A stretch of DNA of 64,000 bases. Source: a virus. Of this stretch, positions 15,141-23,853 are shown one piece after another. The stretch lies in the IMG/VR virus record IMGVR_UViG_3300005253_000070. One strand, written 5' to 3'. The position numbers and the translations under genes were made by a program. The notes below the pieces were generated by a model. That model did not search any database and was not told where the DNA came from. It saw only the letters and a program-made list of their open reading frames with translations. The first letter of the stretch is position 1. Each line of letters starts with the position of its first letter.

Positions 15141-15583
15141 CAAGAAAGCGACAGGCGGAGGTGACATTGGGATACGACATGCCCGACATACAAATCTTCT
15201 GGAAAAGGTCTCGTGGTGGATTGGAGTTTGGTGCGCCTATCACCTGCGTAACGTCTCACGTACTGGTTGATGGGGAGGTGGTTGAGTTTCCAAGGGCAGT
15301 AGCTCAGCTATTTCCTGGTGGATCAGCACAGGTATGCATCAGTCAGTCCAAAGAAATCAGCTGGATACTAGCAGGACCAAACAGAAGGTTCGTTCAAATG
15401 ACAGCCACTCTGTGGCTGTTCTATCTGGCATCCCTTAACGATGCTGCAATGGACAGCCTTACCTTGGACCTAGAAGATAAGGGGGAAGATGACACGGAAG
15501 AAGTGATGACAACACTCGACAGCATTCAGGCGTTCCTAAAATCAGAAGATAAGAAGAAAGGTACAACAGATGAAGCTGAGTGA
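15131..15583 (+). CDS. hypothetical protein (true start probably downstream: TTG 15167 or ATG 15179)
   Basis: 150-aa track ORF whose first ATG lies inside the predicted -10 box. GGAG at 15157-15160 favours an in-frame start at 15167 or 15179. Confidence 0.5.
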   Translation: MILSRKRQAEVTLGYDMPDIQIFWKRSRGGLEFGAPITCVTSHVLVDGEVVEFPRAVAQLFPGGSAQVCISQSKEISWILAGPNRRFVQMTATLWLFYLASLNDAAMDSLTLDLEDKGEDDTEEVMTTLDSIQAFLKSEDKKKGTTDEAE

Positions 15584-15905
15584 GTTTCAGGCAGGACACA
15601 AGGCGCTCGCCACCGAGATAGCCAAGATCATAAGAGCGGATATTTTCGAGACTACGTCCAAGCAACGAACATACACCCTCAACCGGCTGGAAAAGATGTC
15701 AGCATCGATCAGACAGGCAGACAAGATCTGCGCCCTGCTTGACACAGAGCCCAATTCTCCAGGGGAGGTCGCTCCTGTTTTTGGGGCGGCCATCGAGGAT
15801 GCTGTGCCGGTCACGAATGTGGTCAACATATCCGCCCCAAGCAAGGAAGACGAGTCTCCGACAGAAGAGAAACCTACTACCAAAGCAGGTCGACGCAGTA
15901 AGTAG
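15570..15905 (+). CDS. hypothetical protein
   Basis: 111-aa ORF overlapping the upstream stop. No motif recognised. Confidence 0.5.
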   Translation: MKLSEFQAGHKALATEIAKIIRADIFETTSKQRTYTLNRLEKMSASIRQADKICALLDTEPNSPGEVAPVFGAAIEDAVPVTNVVNISAPSKEDESPTEEKPTTKAGRRSK

Positions 15906-15962
15906 CCCGATCGAGGAAGGTGAGACTCTCTTGAGTGGCAGGCATCTTGGGAGTTTGGAGAA

Positions 15963-15999
15963 GTTGCATCCGCCTCTGCGGGTGGATGGGGATTGAAAC
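15963..15999 (+). repeat. solitary CRISPR-repeat-like unit A (37 nt)
   Basis: GTTGCATCCGCCTCTGCGGGTGGATGGGGATTGAAAC. Has an 8-bp stem (positions 5-12 paired with 19-26, one G-U), a 6-nt loop and a 3' ATTGAAAC. Lies between the stop at 15905 and the ATG at 16009, with no adjacent second repeat. Confidence 0.7.
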
Positions 16000-16008
16000 A
16001 AACAAACG

Positions 16009-16455
16009 ATGTATAGAGTAGGCATCTTGGAAGTGTGGCAAAGAAACATTCTTGTCGAAGCCGAAACGAAAGCAGCGGCTGTTGAGGCTGTGCTATCTTC
16101 CAAGGTGCCTGCTATGCAAGAAAGTCTGACCTACTTACGTATCTTAGATCCAAAGGAGTGGATGGTAGAGTCCACAGAGCCAGAGGAAATTCTAGCAGAA
16201 GCACTCGGTCTTGTTGGAGCACTATGCTCCATTATACAGATGAGTGGAGGAGACAAACGTGAGGTACTAGAGAGAGCAAAAGCGTGGGAAAACAGGTTCC
16301 TCGCATTTGCACAGGATGCTCAAGAGGCAGATGAACAACCAAGCAGAGTACAAGGCAACGAAGACGGAACAGATGAGCCTGACTTCAGTGGAGATGCTCT
16401 TCTCGGGGATAGTAAAATCCCTAAGCAAGCTGGGATATGGGACGTCAGTGGATGA
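16009..16455 (+). CDS. hypothetical small acidic protein
   Basis: 148-aa ORF starting 9 nt after repeat unit A. Codons 5-12 are duplicated upstream of the repeat. Confidence 0.55.
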   Translation: MYRVGILEVWQRNILVEAETKAAAVEAVLSSKVPAMQESLTYLRILDPKEWMVESTEPEEILAEALGLVGALCSIIQMSGGDKREVLERAKAWENRFLAFAQDAQEADEQPSRVQGNEDGTDEPDFSGDALLGDSKIPKQAGIWDVSG

Positions 16456-16810
16456 CCCGAGAATCCCAGATTACGCGGAGGCAAGGTTACTTCGCAGCGA
16501 TTTCCTAGTGGCAGTGAGACGAAGAGATACTTCCGACATGTGCTACTCGCTTGCTCATGAGCTTGGACACATCATCTCCAATCCGCGAAACGATCTGGTA
16601 TCGGCATCGGAGATCAAAGCGGATCTGTTTGCCTGCTCTCTCCTCCTCATGTTTGGGATTGACAAGTCAAAAGAGTCAGCAGAGTACGTTCTCGGGTGGT
16701 TGAGGTATGGCCCAATGAGAGATACCTTCTGGATCGCCCAAAGGGAGCAAGAGATGAGACAGAGAGCCACAGATGAAGCACACAGAATCTGGAGGTACAT
16801 TAAAGAGTGA
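16373..16810 (+). CDS. ImmA/IrrE-like HEXXH metallopeptidase
   Basis: Contains SLAHELGHII followed by ADLFACSLL, a layout typical of ImmA/IrrE peptidases. Start is uncertain (ATG 16373 or 16394, in frame with track ORF 16307..16810) and overlaps the upstream gene. Confidence 0.65.
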   Translation: MSLTSVEMLFSGIVKSLSKLGYGTSVDDPRIPDYAEARLLRSDFLVAVRRRDTSDMCYSLAHELGHIISNPRNDLVSASEIKADLFACSLLLMFGIDKSKESAEYVLGWLRYGPMRDTFWIAQREQEMRQRATDEAHRIWRYIKE

Positions 16811-17070
16811 CAGTCGTTGACAAAGTCTACATAGCTGTCATGGTGAAGTCAGGAGGAACCCTGCTTAAGCGATCCGGCATTGTAAAAGCCATATGCAAAG
16901 AGCCTCGAGATGCAGTAACAGCGCTGAACCCGTCCCTCAAAAAGGTGTCAGTCAGGGTACCGGAGAGGGATAAGAGTGGAGTCACGATCTTCAGGACAGC
17001 ATCGAGGAGTGATGTCATGGTGATAGATCTGGACTCGCTTTATCAGGCACAATGTCAGACCCTCGACTGA
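16807..17070 (+). CDS. hypothetical protein
   Basis: 87 aa, GTG start overlapping the upstream stop (GTGA). Confidence 0.45.
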   Translation: MTVVDKVYIAVMVKSGGTLLKRSGIVKAICKEPRDAVTALNPSLKKVSVRVPERDKSGVTIFRTASRSDVMVIDLDSLYQAQCQTLD

Positions 17071-17921
17071 CCTCAGAAGAGTATGGTATTCTTCTGAGTA
17101 TGGAGGTCTCGTCCGAATACCAAGATGGATACAGGGACACCACAAGAATGGCAAGAGTAATTGTAGAAAGAGCCCCCCTGCACCGGCTAAAGAAGCTGTG
17201 TCAGGAGCTTGGTATTAGGCACACCAGCGTTGCTTCGCTGCTGATCCATCGTCATAACCACTCAATCAACGAGCAGTCTGCGGATTGGCTACATAGACTG
17301 GATCTCATACCCATCTCCCATCTTGCTACCCTGTCAATCAGCCATATTGCATCTCAGACAGCCTCTAATATCAGTCGGATTCTGAGATGTAAGAAGGGAT
17401 CTGTAGCCACAGCCGTTCTACTAGACTGTCTACCTGTGTTGGCGACGATGCCTGAGACAATCCCAGGGATCAAGAGCCTGATCAGATACCCCTCCAGAAG
17501 TAGGAGGTCAATTGGCCTGTACAAGACGACTAGAGACAAGGTTAGCGCTAGATGTAGGCTATTGGCTGACGAGACAGATGAGAGACTGTCTGTTTCTGAC
17601 TACGTCCGGACAGCTCTCAGCACTGTGCCAACAGCCGAGATAGAATCGATACTTCGAAGCGAAGACTTTGCTGTTGCCCTAAGCAACACAGCGGAAAAGA
17701 GCAAAGTTTCCTGCATCGAGGTGGATACAGGACTGTATGAGTATCTCAAGGATCTAAGTAAGTATCTCGGATGCTCAGTCACTCGTATAGTGTCATTCTT
17801 CATCGATGAAGAGTTGCACGCTACAGAGCAGGGGTTCAAATATGAGGAAGAGGTCATCTCATTGAACCCAGTGAGTCGGTGGAAGACAATCCTCAATCAC
17901 TACATTCGATCCGGGAACTGA
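17052..17921 (+). CDS. hypothetical protein
   Basis: 289-aa ORF. No motif recognised. Confidence 0.55.
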   Translation: MSDPRLTSEEYGILLSMEVSSEYQDGYRDTTRMARVIVERAPLHRLKKLCQELGIRHTSVASLLIHRHNHSINEQSADWLHRLDLIPISHLATLSISHIASQTASNISRILRCKKGSVATAVLLDCLPVLATMPETIPGIKSLIRYPSRSRRSIGLYKTTRDKVSARCRLLADETDERLSVSDYVRTALSTVPTAEIESILRSEDFAVALSNTAEKSKVSCIEVDTGLYEYLKDLSKYLGCSVTRIVSFFIDEELHATEQGFKYEEEVISLNPVSRWKTILNHYIRSGN

Positions 17922-17924
17922 GAA

Positions 17925-18203
17925 ATGATGTGCGCAGCCGCATTTGTGGGCGCCATCTTTGGACTGGCTCTGCTTTCTCTTTGGCTCAAGATGGTACTCA
18001 ACGAACCAAGGCCCCCACCGCCTATGCCCATTGCTACGACAAAGGAGATCATGGATCTGATCCTTGGAGAGGAAAGCGAGGAGAGTGAGGAAGAAGAAGA
18101 AAACGGCACCACATACGTGTACACGGAGGGCGGAGTGGCCAAAGAAGCCAAGCCAGGTACTGAGATGCATCGTCTGATCGAACAAGTCGTAAGGAGGCGA
18201 TAG
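17925..18203 (+). CDS. membrane-anchored protein with acidic stretch
   Basis: 92 aa. N-terminal hydrophobic helix AAAFVGAIFGLALLSLWL, a PPPP segment and EESEESEEEEE. Confidence 0.5.
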   Translation: MMCAAAFVGAIFGLALLSLWLKMVLNEPRPPPPMPIATTKEIMDLILGEESEESEEEEENGTTYVYTEGGVAKEAKPGTEMHRLIEQVVRRR

Positions 18204-19004
18204 ATGCTCGATAGCAACCAAACTAGAGATATGAAGCTGCTGCGCTTGATGGGACAGGAGCGGCGATTCCAAGTTCTCCTGCTCCTGTGTAAGAGACAGA
18301 TGTCACACGAGGAGATCTGCCTTGCCCTCGGAAAGCCGATGGGTGTGTACAAGCACCTGAAGGGTATGGTTGAGGCCGGGCTACTGATTCGCACGGATAT
18401 CACATCGAGGGACGTTGTGTACAGGGCTAACCCAAAGGTTCTGGAAGAGGTAGGCATGTGCCTACAAGACATGGCCACCGATGCTCACGAGATCTCGTTT
18501 CGGATAGCACATGGCATACCAGACGAAGAAATGGACGAGAAGCCGGCCCATGCAGATAGGCGGTTTGAGGAGGTAGAAGCTGTGAGAGACACCCATCGGG
18601 AGGAGCAGCGACGAGCAAGAGATGCAGAAACAGGCAGGTGCTACGACTTGTGTATCGCCGAAGATGATGAATGGGGCCGCCTAAATGCCAAGGGCCTGGA
18701 GGAGGAGCAGGATGAAAGGGCACAGAGAAGGGCACAGATAAAGACCACACCAGACGAGGACTCAGGAGACCCAGAGAGAAAGGCGGCACGCAAGGTAACT
18801 GCTGAACAACTGTTTGAGAAGCTGGCCGACATGGGCAAGGTATACGGACGTAAGCCGGAGGACATCATGCCAGACGTAGACGACGCAACCCGTAGAGAGA
18901 TGATGGCTATCCTCGGCGATGAGATAAAACCAGCAGAGTTGTCACAGGAAGAGATCGACAATGCTGCTGCGTTGTACGAAGAGACGAAGCTGGACGATGA
19001 ATAG
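18204..19004 (+). CDS. ArsR-like winged-helix transcriptional regulator with long charged C-terminal region
   Basis: N-terminus RFQVLLLLCKRQMSHEEICLALGKPMGVYKHLKGMVEAGLL fits the ArsR/SmtB wHTH pattern. The C-terminal ~170 aa are D/E/R-rich. Confidence 0.6.
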   Translation: MLDSNQTRDMKLLRLMGQERRFQVLLLLCKRQMSHEEICLALGKPMGVYKHLKGMVEAGLLIRTDITSRDVVYRANPKVLEEVGMCLQDMATDAHEISFRIAHGIPDEEMDEKPAHADRRFEEVEAVRDTHREEQRRARDAETGRCYDLCIAEDDEWGRLNAKGLEEEQDERAQRRAQIKTTPDEDSGDPERKAARKVTAEQLFEKLADMGKVYGRKPEDIMPDVDDATRREMMAILGDEIKPAELSQEEIDNAAALYEETKLDDE

Positions 19005-20022
19005 AACAGTCATCTCCGTCTCCGACATCAGAACATTCCTCTCCTGCCGGCAGAAGTGGCAGTGGCAATCGAGGAACGGTGAGCACCTACGATCACGGCA
19101 CCCAAGCAAGCACCTGTTCCTTGGATCAGTGATGCACGAGGCGCTGGCTGCGTACTACGGTCCGCAAGCTGCCCCTGAAACAACCGATATGCTATCCAGC
19201 GCCAAGTCTGCTCTTCTCGACGCCATTATCGATCGAGCGAAGACTATCAAGGAGGATCTATACGGAGACTTCCCCCAGCCGATCCAAGACTATGCTATCC
19301 TAGCCATGCGAATGATCGAGCAGTACGAACGTTGGGCACCTTCAGTTGACAAGTTCGAGGTGATCGATGTAGAGTATGAGTTAGCTGTTGACTACACCTA
19401 CTGGCTCTTCATCGGGTTCATCGACGCCATCGTACAGATGCCCGATGGAACCTGCTGGATTCTGGAACATAAGACACTGACCAGGGAGCCAGACTTCTAC
19501 GAGCTCTTCTTCTCTCTCCAGGCTTCCGGGTACATGTGGGCTGCTCAACGTGACCCTGTGCTCAGTCAGCTTGACATCAAGGGTGTGATCTTCAATCTCC
19601 TGCTCAAGACTGAAGTGAAGCCGCCCAAGGTACTCAAGTCCAGGAAGCTGTCAAAGGACAAGCGGCAGGCCACATCGATCGAGATGTACCGGCAGGCGAT
19701 CGCTGACAACGGGTTGAACCCGGCTGACTACGAGCAGTTCATCCTCGGGATCGACCCGAATCGGTACAACAAGCGCAAGAAGATCGTACCCACACCGGCT
19801 ATGATCGACTGGTTTGATGACACCATCCGCACTGTAGGCATGGAGATGTGCAGCAACCCTGTCATTTACCCAGCGCAGGCGCGCGACTGCACGTGGTGCG
19901 ACTTCAAGTTGCTTTGCACTTGGGTACGAAACGGCCTAGATTGGCGCAGCATTGTGAGTGCCAAGTTCGTCGAGCGTGGTAGCATAGACATCAAAGCGAT
20001 GGAGGAGCTTTCAGATGCCTAG
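18997..20022 (+). CDS. PD-(D/E)XK (RecB/Cas4-like) exonuclease with Cys cluster
   Basis: ATG at 18997 is in frame with track ORF 18961..20022. Motifs GFIDAIV...WILEHKT, an N-terminal Cys (FLSCRQKW) and C-terminal CTWCDFKLLC, the four-Cys pattern of Cas4-type nucleases. Confidence 0.8.
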   Translation: MNRTVISVSDIRTFLSCRQKWQWQSRNGEHLRSRHPSKHLFLGSVMHEALAAYYGPQAAPETTDMLSSAKSALLDAIIDRAKTIKEDLYGDFPQPIQDYAILAMRMIEQYERWAPSVDKFEVIDVEYELAVDYTYWLFIGFIDAIVQMPDGTCWILEHKTLTREPDFYELFFSLQASGYMWAAQRDPVLSQLDIKGVIFNLLLKTEVKPPKVLKSRKLSKDKRQATSIEMYRQAIADNGLNPADYEQFILGIDPNRYNKRKKIVPTPAMIDWFDDTIRTVGMEMCSNPVIYPAQARDCTWCDFKLLCTWVRNGLDWRSIVSAKFVERGSIDIKAMEELSDA

Positions 20023-20785
20023 ATTGACTCTCAAAGACCTAGAATCTGGTAAGATGCGGTGCCTGTTCTATGGACCAGTTGGGACAGGGAAGACCACACT
20101 CTGTGCATCTGCTCTCCTCGTCCCCGAAATGTGTCCTATTCTGTACATGGATGTGGAAGGAGGCATCAGCTCTGTCAAGAAAGAGTTCAAGGCTCACTGG
20201 GACAAGATTCAGGTGTGGTCAATGGAGGATGAGAGAGATGTAGAGGCGATGGAAGCTGGAATCTTCTCAGAAAAGACGCCGTTCAAGACGGTTGTCCTAG
20301 ACAGCCTGACGGAGTTCCACGCAGTGCTGATGGAGATCACCCTAGCAGAAGCAACTAAGCCGCACTCGCTTCCACAGATCCAAGACTACGGTGATGTATC
20401 GATCAAGATGCTTAAATTCTTTAGGAGGTTACGAAAACACGCTCAAGTACATTTCCTTGCGACTGCCAGCGAGTCGTTCACAGTGGACGAGATGGCTAGA
20501 ACTCTCCACACAGAGCCGGATATTGTAGGTCAGCTGACCAGGCGCATACCCAGGTTCTTCCATCTCCTGGGTCACCTGACTGCACGAATCACGCCAGGAA
20601 CTGGTGGAGTGGTCAAAAAAGATGAGAGGAGAATGCAAGTACAACCCTTTGGTCGCATCAGAGCCAAGGATAGATCACCAAAAGGGAGACTGGGGGCTGT
20701 GGTTACAGATCCAACGATGCAGAAACTGTGGGACGCTATGTACGTAGAAGATCAAAGAAAGAAAGAGGAGAAAGAAAGTGGCTAA
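20015..20785 (+). CDS. Sak4-like/AAA_24 RecA-fold ATPase
   Basis: Walker A FYGPVGTGKTTL and Walker B VVLDSLTE. Sits between the nuclease and SSB-like genes, as in phage recombination modules. Confidence 0.75.
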   Translation: MPRLTLKDLESGKMRCLFYGPVGTGKTTLCASALLVPEMCPILYMDVEGGISSVKKEFKAHWDKIQVWSMEDERDVEAMEAGIFSEKTPFKTVVLDSLTEFHAVLMEITLAEATKPHSLPQIQDYGDVSIKMLKFFRRLRKHAQVHFLATASESFTVDEMARTLHTEPDIVGQLTRRIPRFFHLLGHLTARITPGTGGVVKKDERRMQVQPFGRIRAKDRSPKGRLGAVVTDPTMQKLWDAMYVEDQRKKEEKESG

Positions 20786-21266
20786 GATCTCGGTCGATAT
20801 GCGCGGCGTGAAGAGCGGATTCGAAACCTTGCCGATCGGTTCGTATGCAGCGACTGTCGAGAAGGTGGAGCAGCTTCAGTCCAAGAAGGGCAACCCGATG
20901 CTCAAGATCACGTTTGACATTACTCATGAGGGGTTTGAGGGCAGGAAAGCCTTCTCCTATTCAAGTCTTCTTCCAACTGCCTTGTTTAACCTCCACGGAT
21001 TCATGCTGGCTACGGGAATCTACGATGAGGAAGAGCTGGATGCAGAGCTGGAGTTCGATGACCAAGACTTCATCGGTATGCAAGTAGCCGTAGTCATGGT
21101 CCCATACGAGAGGGACAACGGTGAGATGGCAACATCCTGTGACGCACTCATCACAGTGGAGCAGGCAACCGGGCCGTCAGGCCAACCACTTCCTGAATCA
21201 CAGACAAGTCCAGACAGCAACCCGAAAGACGTAGATGAGATCTTTGGAGGAATGCAGACCAACTAG
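20778..21266 (+). CDS. DUF669-like putative ssDNA-binding protein
   Basis: 162 aa with GTG start after GAGGAG. N-terminal pattern LPIGSYAATVEKVE...SKKGNPMLKITFDI with an acidic tail. Position downstream of the Sak4-like ATPase supports the call. Confidence 0.55.
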   Translation: MAKISVDMRGVKSGFETLPIGSYAATVEKVEQLQSKKGNPMLKITFDITHEGFEGRKAFSYSSLLPTALFNLHGFMLATGIYDEEELDAELEFDDQDFIGMQVAVVMVPYERDNGEMATSCDALITVEQATGPSGQPLPESQTSPDSNPKDVDEIFGGMQTN

Positions 21267-21291
21267 ACCGTAGCTCTCACAGCGGCACACC

Positions 21292-21326
21292 GGAGCAGGC
21301 GTCTGTAGTTAAGGGACGCCTGCTCC
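21292..21326 (+). promoter_or_regulatory. perfect 12-bp stem-loop between SSB-like and primase genes
   Basis: GGAGCAGGCGTC, an 11-nt loop, then GACGCCTGCTCC. No T-run follows and the primase RBS lies 6 nt downstream. Confidence 0.4.
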
Positions 21327-21342
21327 TGCATCAGGAGGCAGT

Positions 21343-23853
21343 ATGTTGTTGGAAGCTATCTTCCGCACTCTGCGTCCGGATGAACAGGTCTACGTATGGA
21401 GAAAGGAGCCCCATGAGAGGTCGCTCTTCGATACAGTAGACGAGGTCATTGCCTACGCGAATAGCAACCCTGAGTCTGACTTGTACTTCGGTGTCTCTCC
21501 TCGAGTAAGGGGGGACTACGACACCATTAGCAGAACATGTGTTGCTTGGGCTGACGTGGATCTGAAAGACTTCAAAGACAATCCGGACAAAGCTGCGCGA
21601 GCTATAGCAACGTTCCCCCTAAATCCATCGTTCATCATCAACTCCGGGCATGGCTTCCATGTCTATTGGTTGCTGGAAGGAGAGGTAACAGGAGCAGAAG
21701 CCCAAGAGATATGCCGTGGAATAATGCGGATCGTTGGGTCGGATCCTACTCACAACGCTCTGCAGATTCTGCGCATACCGGGAACGACGAACTGGAAAGA
21801 TCCCAACGAGCCTGCTTTAGTCGTTGTGATGGTATCCAACCCAGGTACCAGATACGACGCCGGCGACCTCTTGAAACTCACCAACCTTGGCGAAATCACG
21901 ATAAACGTGATTGCCACAGGGTCGACAAAGGGATTTCCGTCTCGGAGCGAGCGTGACTGGCATGTGATTCGTGAGCTTACGGCTGCGGGAGTGTCGGAAG
22001 AAACCATTTACACCATCGCAGACCAGAAGCCAGTGGGTGAGCGATGGAGAGAAAATGACTATCGTCTCTTAAAGCACGACCTCCAGAAAACTGAAAGCTC
22101 CTATGGCGATGCAGTAGAAAAGTTCATAGAGCTGCAGGACTGCCTCTTCTATAAAGGAGCAAGGGGCCTTACCCAGGTATCCACATTCACTATACACCCA
22201 AAGAAGCTTCTCCACGACGCCGAGGGAATCAGGGAGGATCAGCTTATATGCATCGTGTCAGCCGCAGGAAAAGTGTGGAACGATGTCTTGTTTCCCAGAA
22301 GCGCCTTCTCCTCCCAATCAAGTTTGCACAGAAACCTCCCGTCTATGTTCTGGCAATGGATGGGAAATGACTACCAGACTAAGCAGCTGCTTGTATACCT
22401 TCTTAGCCGGCTAGAGGAAGCTGGCCTTCCGGAGGCGAAGCTAACGCAAGTCATTGGCAGGCACAGCAACATATGGGTAGCTAAGGACATCGTCATGTCC
22501 AGCACCACGGTGTACAATGCGGATGACGCGGAGTACCTATATCGATCCCGATCATGGAGTGGACATCATGCACGTATCATAGACATTGCCCCGAACACAC
22601 AGTATTCCTTCCCAGAGGATGAGGACTACAGAGCGCTGTGTAAAACGATCAGTAGGCTTCTCCCACGCATTAACGTGCCAGAGAATTCCATCCCCATCAT
22701 TGGGTGGTTTTTTGCTGCGCCGTTGAAGCAGCTATTCAACGACGTACAAATTCGTTTTCCCCACCTAAACATCTTTGGCACTATGGGCAGTGGAAAGACT
22801 GCAGCTCTGCAAGATATTTTCATGCCGCTCATGGGTGTACACAGGCCTACCACTCAGACAGCAACGACCACGAACTTTGTTCTTCGTGCGATCATGGCAT
22901 CAACGAACGGTGTGCCGATCATCTTTGGTGAGTTTCGTGAGTCTGGAGCCAGCGAAAGAAGCGACTTTCAGTCTCTCCTTAGACGAGCCTACAACTCAGG
23001 GATGGATTCGAGGGGTAGAGCAGACCTCAGGACAGAAACATTGCTCCTCCTTGCCCCTGTGATAGTGGATGGAGAGGATTCTTTCTCCGATCCAGCACTG
23101 AAGCAGCGATGTATTACTATCAATCTGCATCCAGAGGACATCCGTCCAGGAACTGAGCATAACAGTGCATTCAAGCGGCTTCGTGAGTTCCCCCTGCAGA
23201 CATTTGCTGCCCGATACATACAGAGAACCCTAAAAGAAACTGGTGCTAGCCTACTGAAAAGGTACGCAGACGCTGCCAAACGGATAGAAAAGCTACTGCC
23301 TAAATCGCTCCCTGACCGCGTTAAAAACAGCTGCGTCATAGTGCAGATTGGATTGGATCTCTATAATGAGCACATGACCAAGTGGGGGACGAAGGGGGTT
23401 GAGTGGGACGAGAGCATGATCAAGGCCAACCTCAGCAACTCTCTACTGCAGTTGTCTCGGGGCATATCCAGAACGTATGTAGATGACTTTACTGAGGCCA
23501 TCGTTGGCGAGTTAGCGAAGGAAGTGATCCAACGGGCCTCCCCGTTCGTGTACCTATACGACATTAGGCTTAACATCCTCTGGGTTCATCTGACAACAGC
23601 CGTACATTGGTGGGAGAAGACCCAGCGATACCGTGGAAAATCTTCTGTTGCCATGGTAGCTTTGAGAGCACAGCTCCAGGAACGCTGTGATCCTGTTGAT
23701 GGATATGTGATTCCCGAGACGCCAATGACGAGCTCATCAGGAGCGACGACGAGATGCTTTGGACTGAGGCTAACTGCCTGTGTTGACGCCGGGCTCAATG
23801 TTCCGGATAGACTTAATGGAAAGGTACAAAAGATCATGGATAGAGTGATATGA
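21343..23853 (+). CDS. bifunctional AEP primase-polymerase / P-loop helicase
   Basis: 836 aa. AEP motifs WADVDLKD, SGHGFHVYWLL and LRIPGTTNWK, followed by Walker A FGTMGSGKTA in the C-terminal half. Confidence 0.85.
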   Translation: MLLEAIFRTLRPDEQVYVWRKEPHERSLFDTVDEVIAYANSNPESDLYFGVSPRVRGDYDTISRTCVAWADVDLKDFKDNPDKAARAIATFPLNPSFIINSGHGFHVYWLLEGEVTGAEAQEICRGIMRIVGSDPTHNALQILRIPGTTNWKDPNEPALVVVMVSNPGTRYDAGDLLKLTNLGEITINVIATGSTKGFPSRSERDWHVIRELTAAGVSEETIYTIADQKPVGERWRENDYRLLKHDLQKTESSYGDAVEKFIELQDCLFYKGARGLTQVSTFTIHPKKLLHDAEGIREDQLICIVSAAGKVWNDVLFPRSAFSSQSSLHRNLPSMFWQWMGNDYQTKQLLVYLLSRLEEAGLPEAKLTQVIGRHSNIWVAKDIVMSSTTVYNADDAEYLYRSRSWSGHHARIIDIAPNTQYSFPEDEDYRALCKTISRLLPRINVPENSIPIIGWFFAAPLKQLFNDVQIRFPHLNIFGTMGSGKTAALQDIFMPLMGVHRPTTQTATTTNFVLRAIMASTNGVPIIFGEFRESGASERSDFQSLLRRAYNSGMDSRGRADLRTETLLLLAPVIVDGEDSFSDPALKQRCITINLHPEDIRPGTEHNSAFKRLREFPLQTFAARYIQRTLKETGASLLKRYADAAKRIEKLLPKSLPDRVKNSCVIVQIGLDLYNEHMTKWGTKGVEWDESMIKANLSNSLLQLSRGISRTYVDDFTEAIVGELAKEVIQRASPFVYLYDIRLNILWVHLTTAVHWWEKTQRYRGKSSVAMVALRAQLQERCDPVDGYVIPETPMTSSSGATTRCFGLRLTACVDAGLNVPDRLNGKVQKIMDRVI

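Noticed and set aside
15739-15996. 85-aa + ORF running through CRISPR-like unit A
   Set aside because: It overlaps gene 15570..15905 out of frame and has no RBS. Its 3' part is the conserved repeat element itself. It is better explained as non-coding.
17900-18478. 192-aa - ORF
   Set aside because: It lies antisense to the two + genes at 17925 and 18204, has no RBS and is of low complexity.
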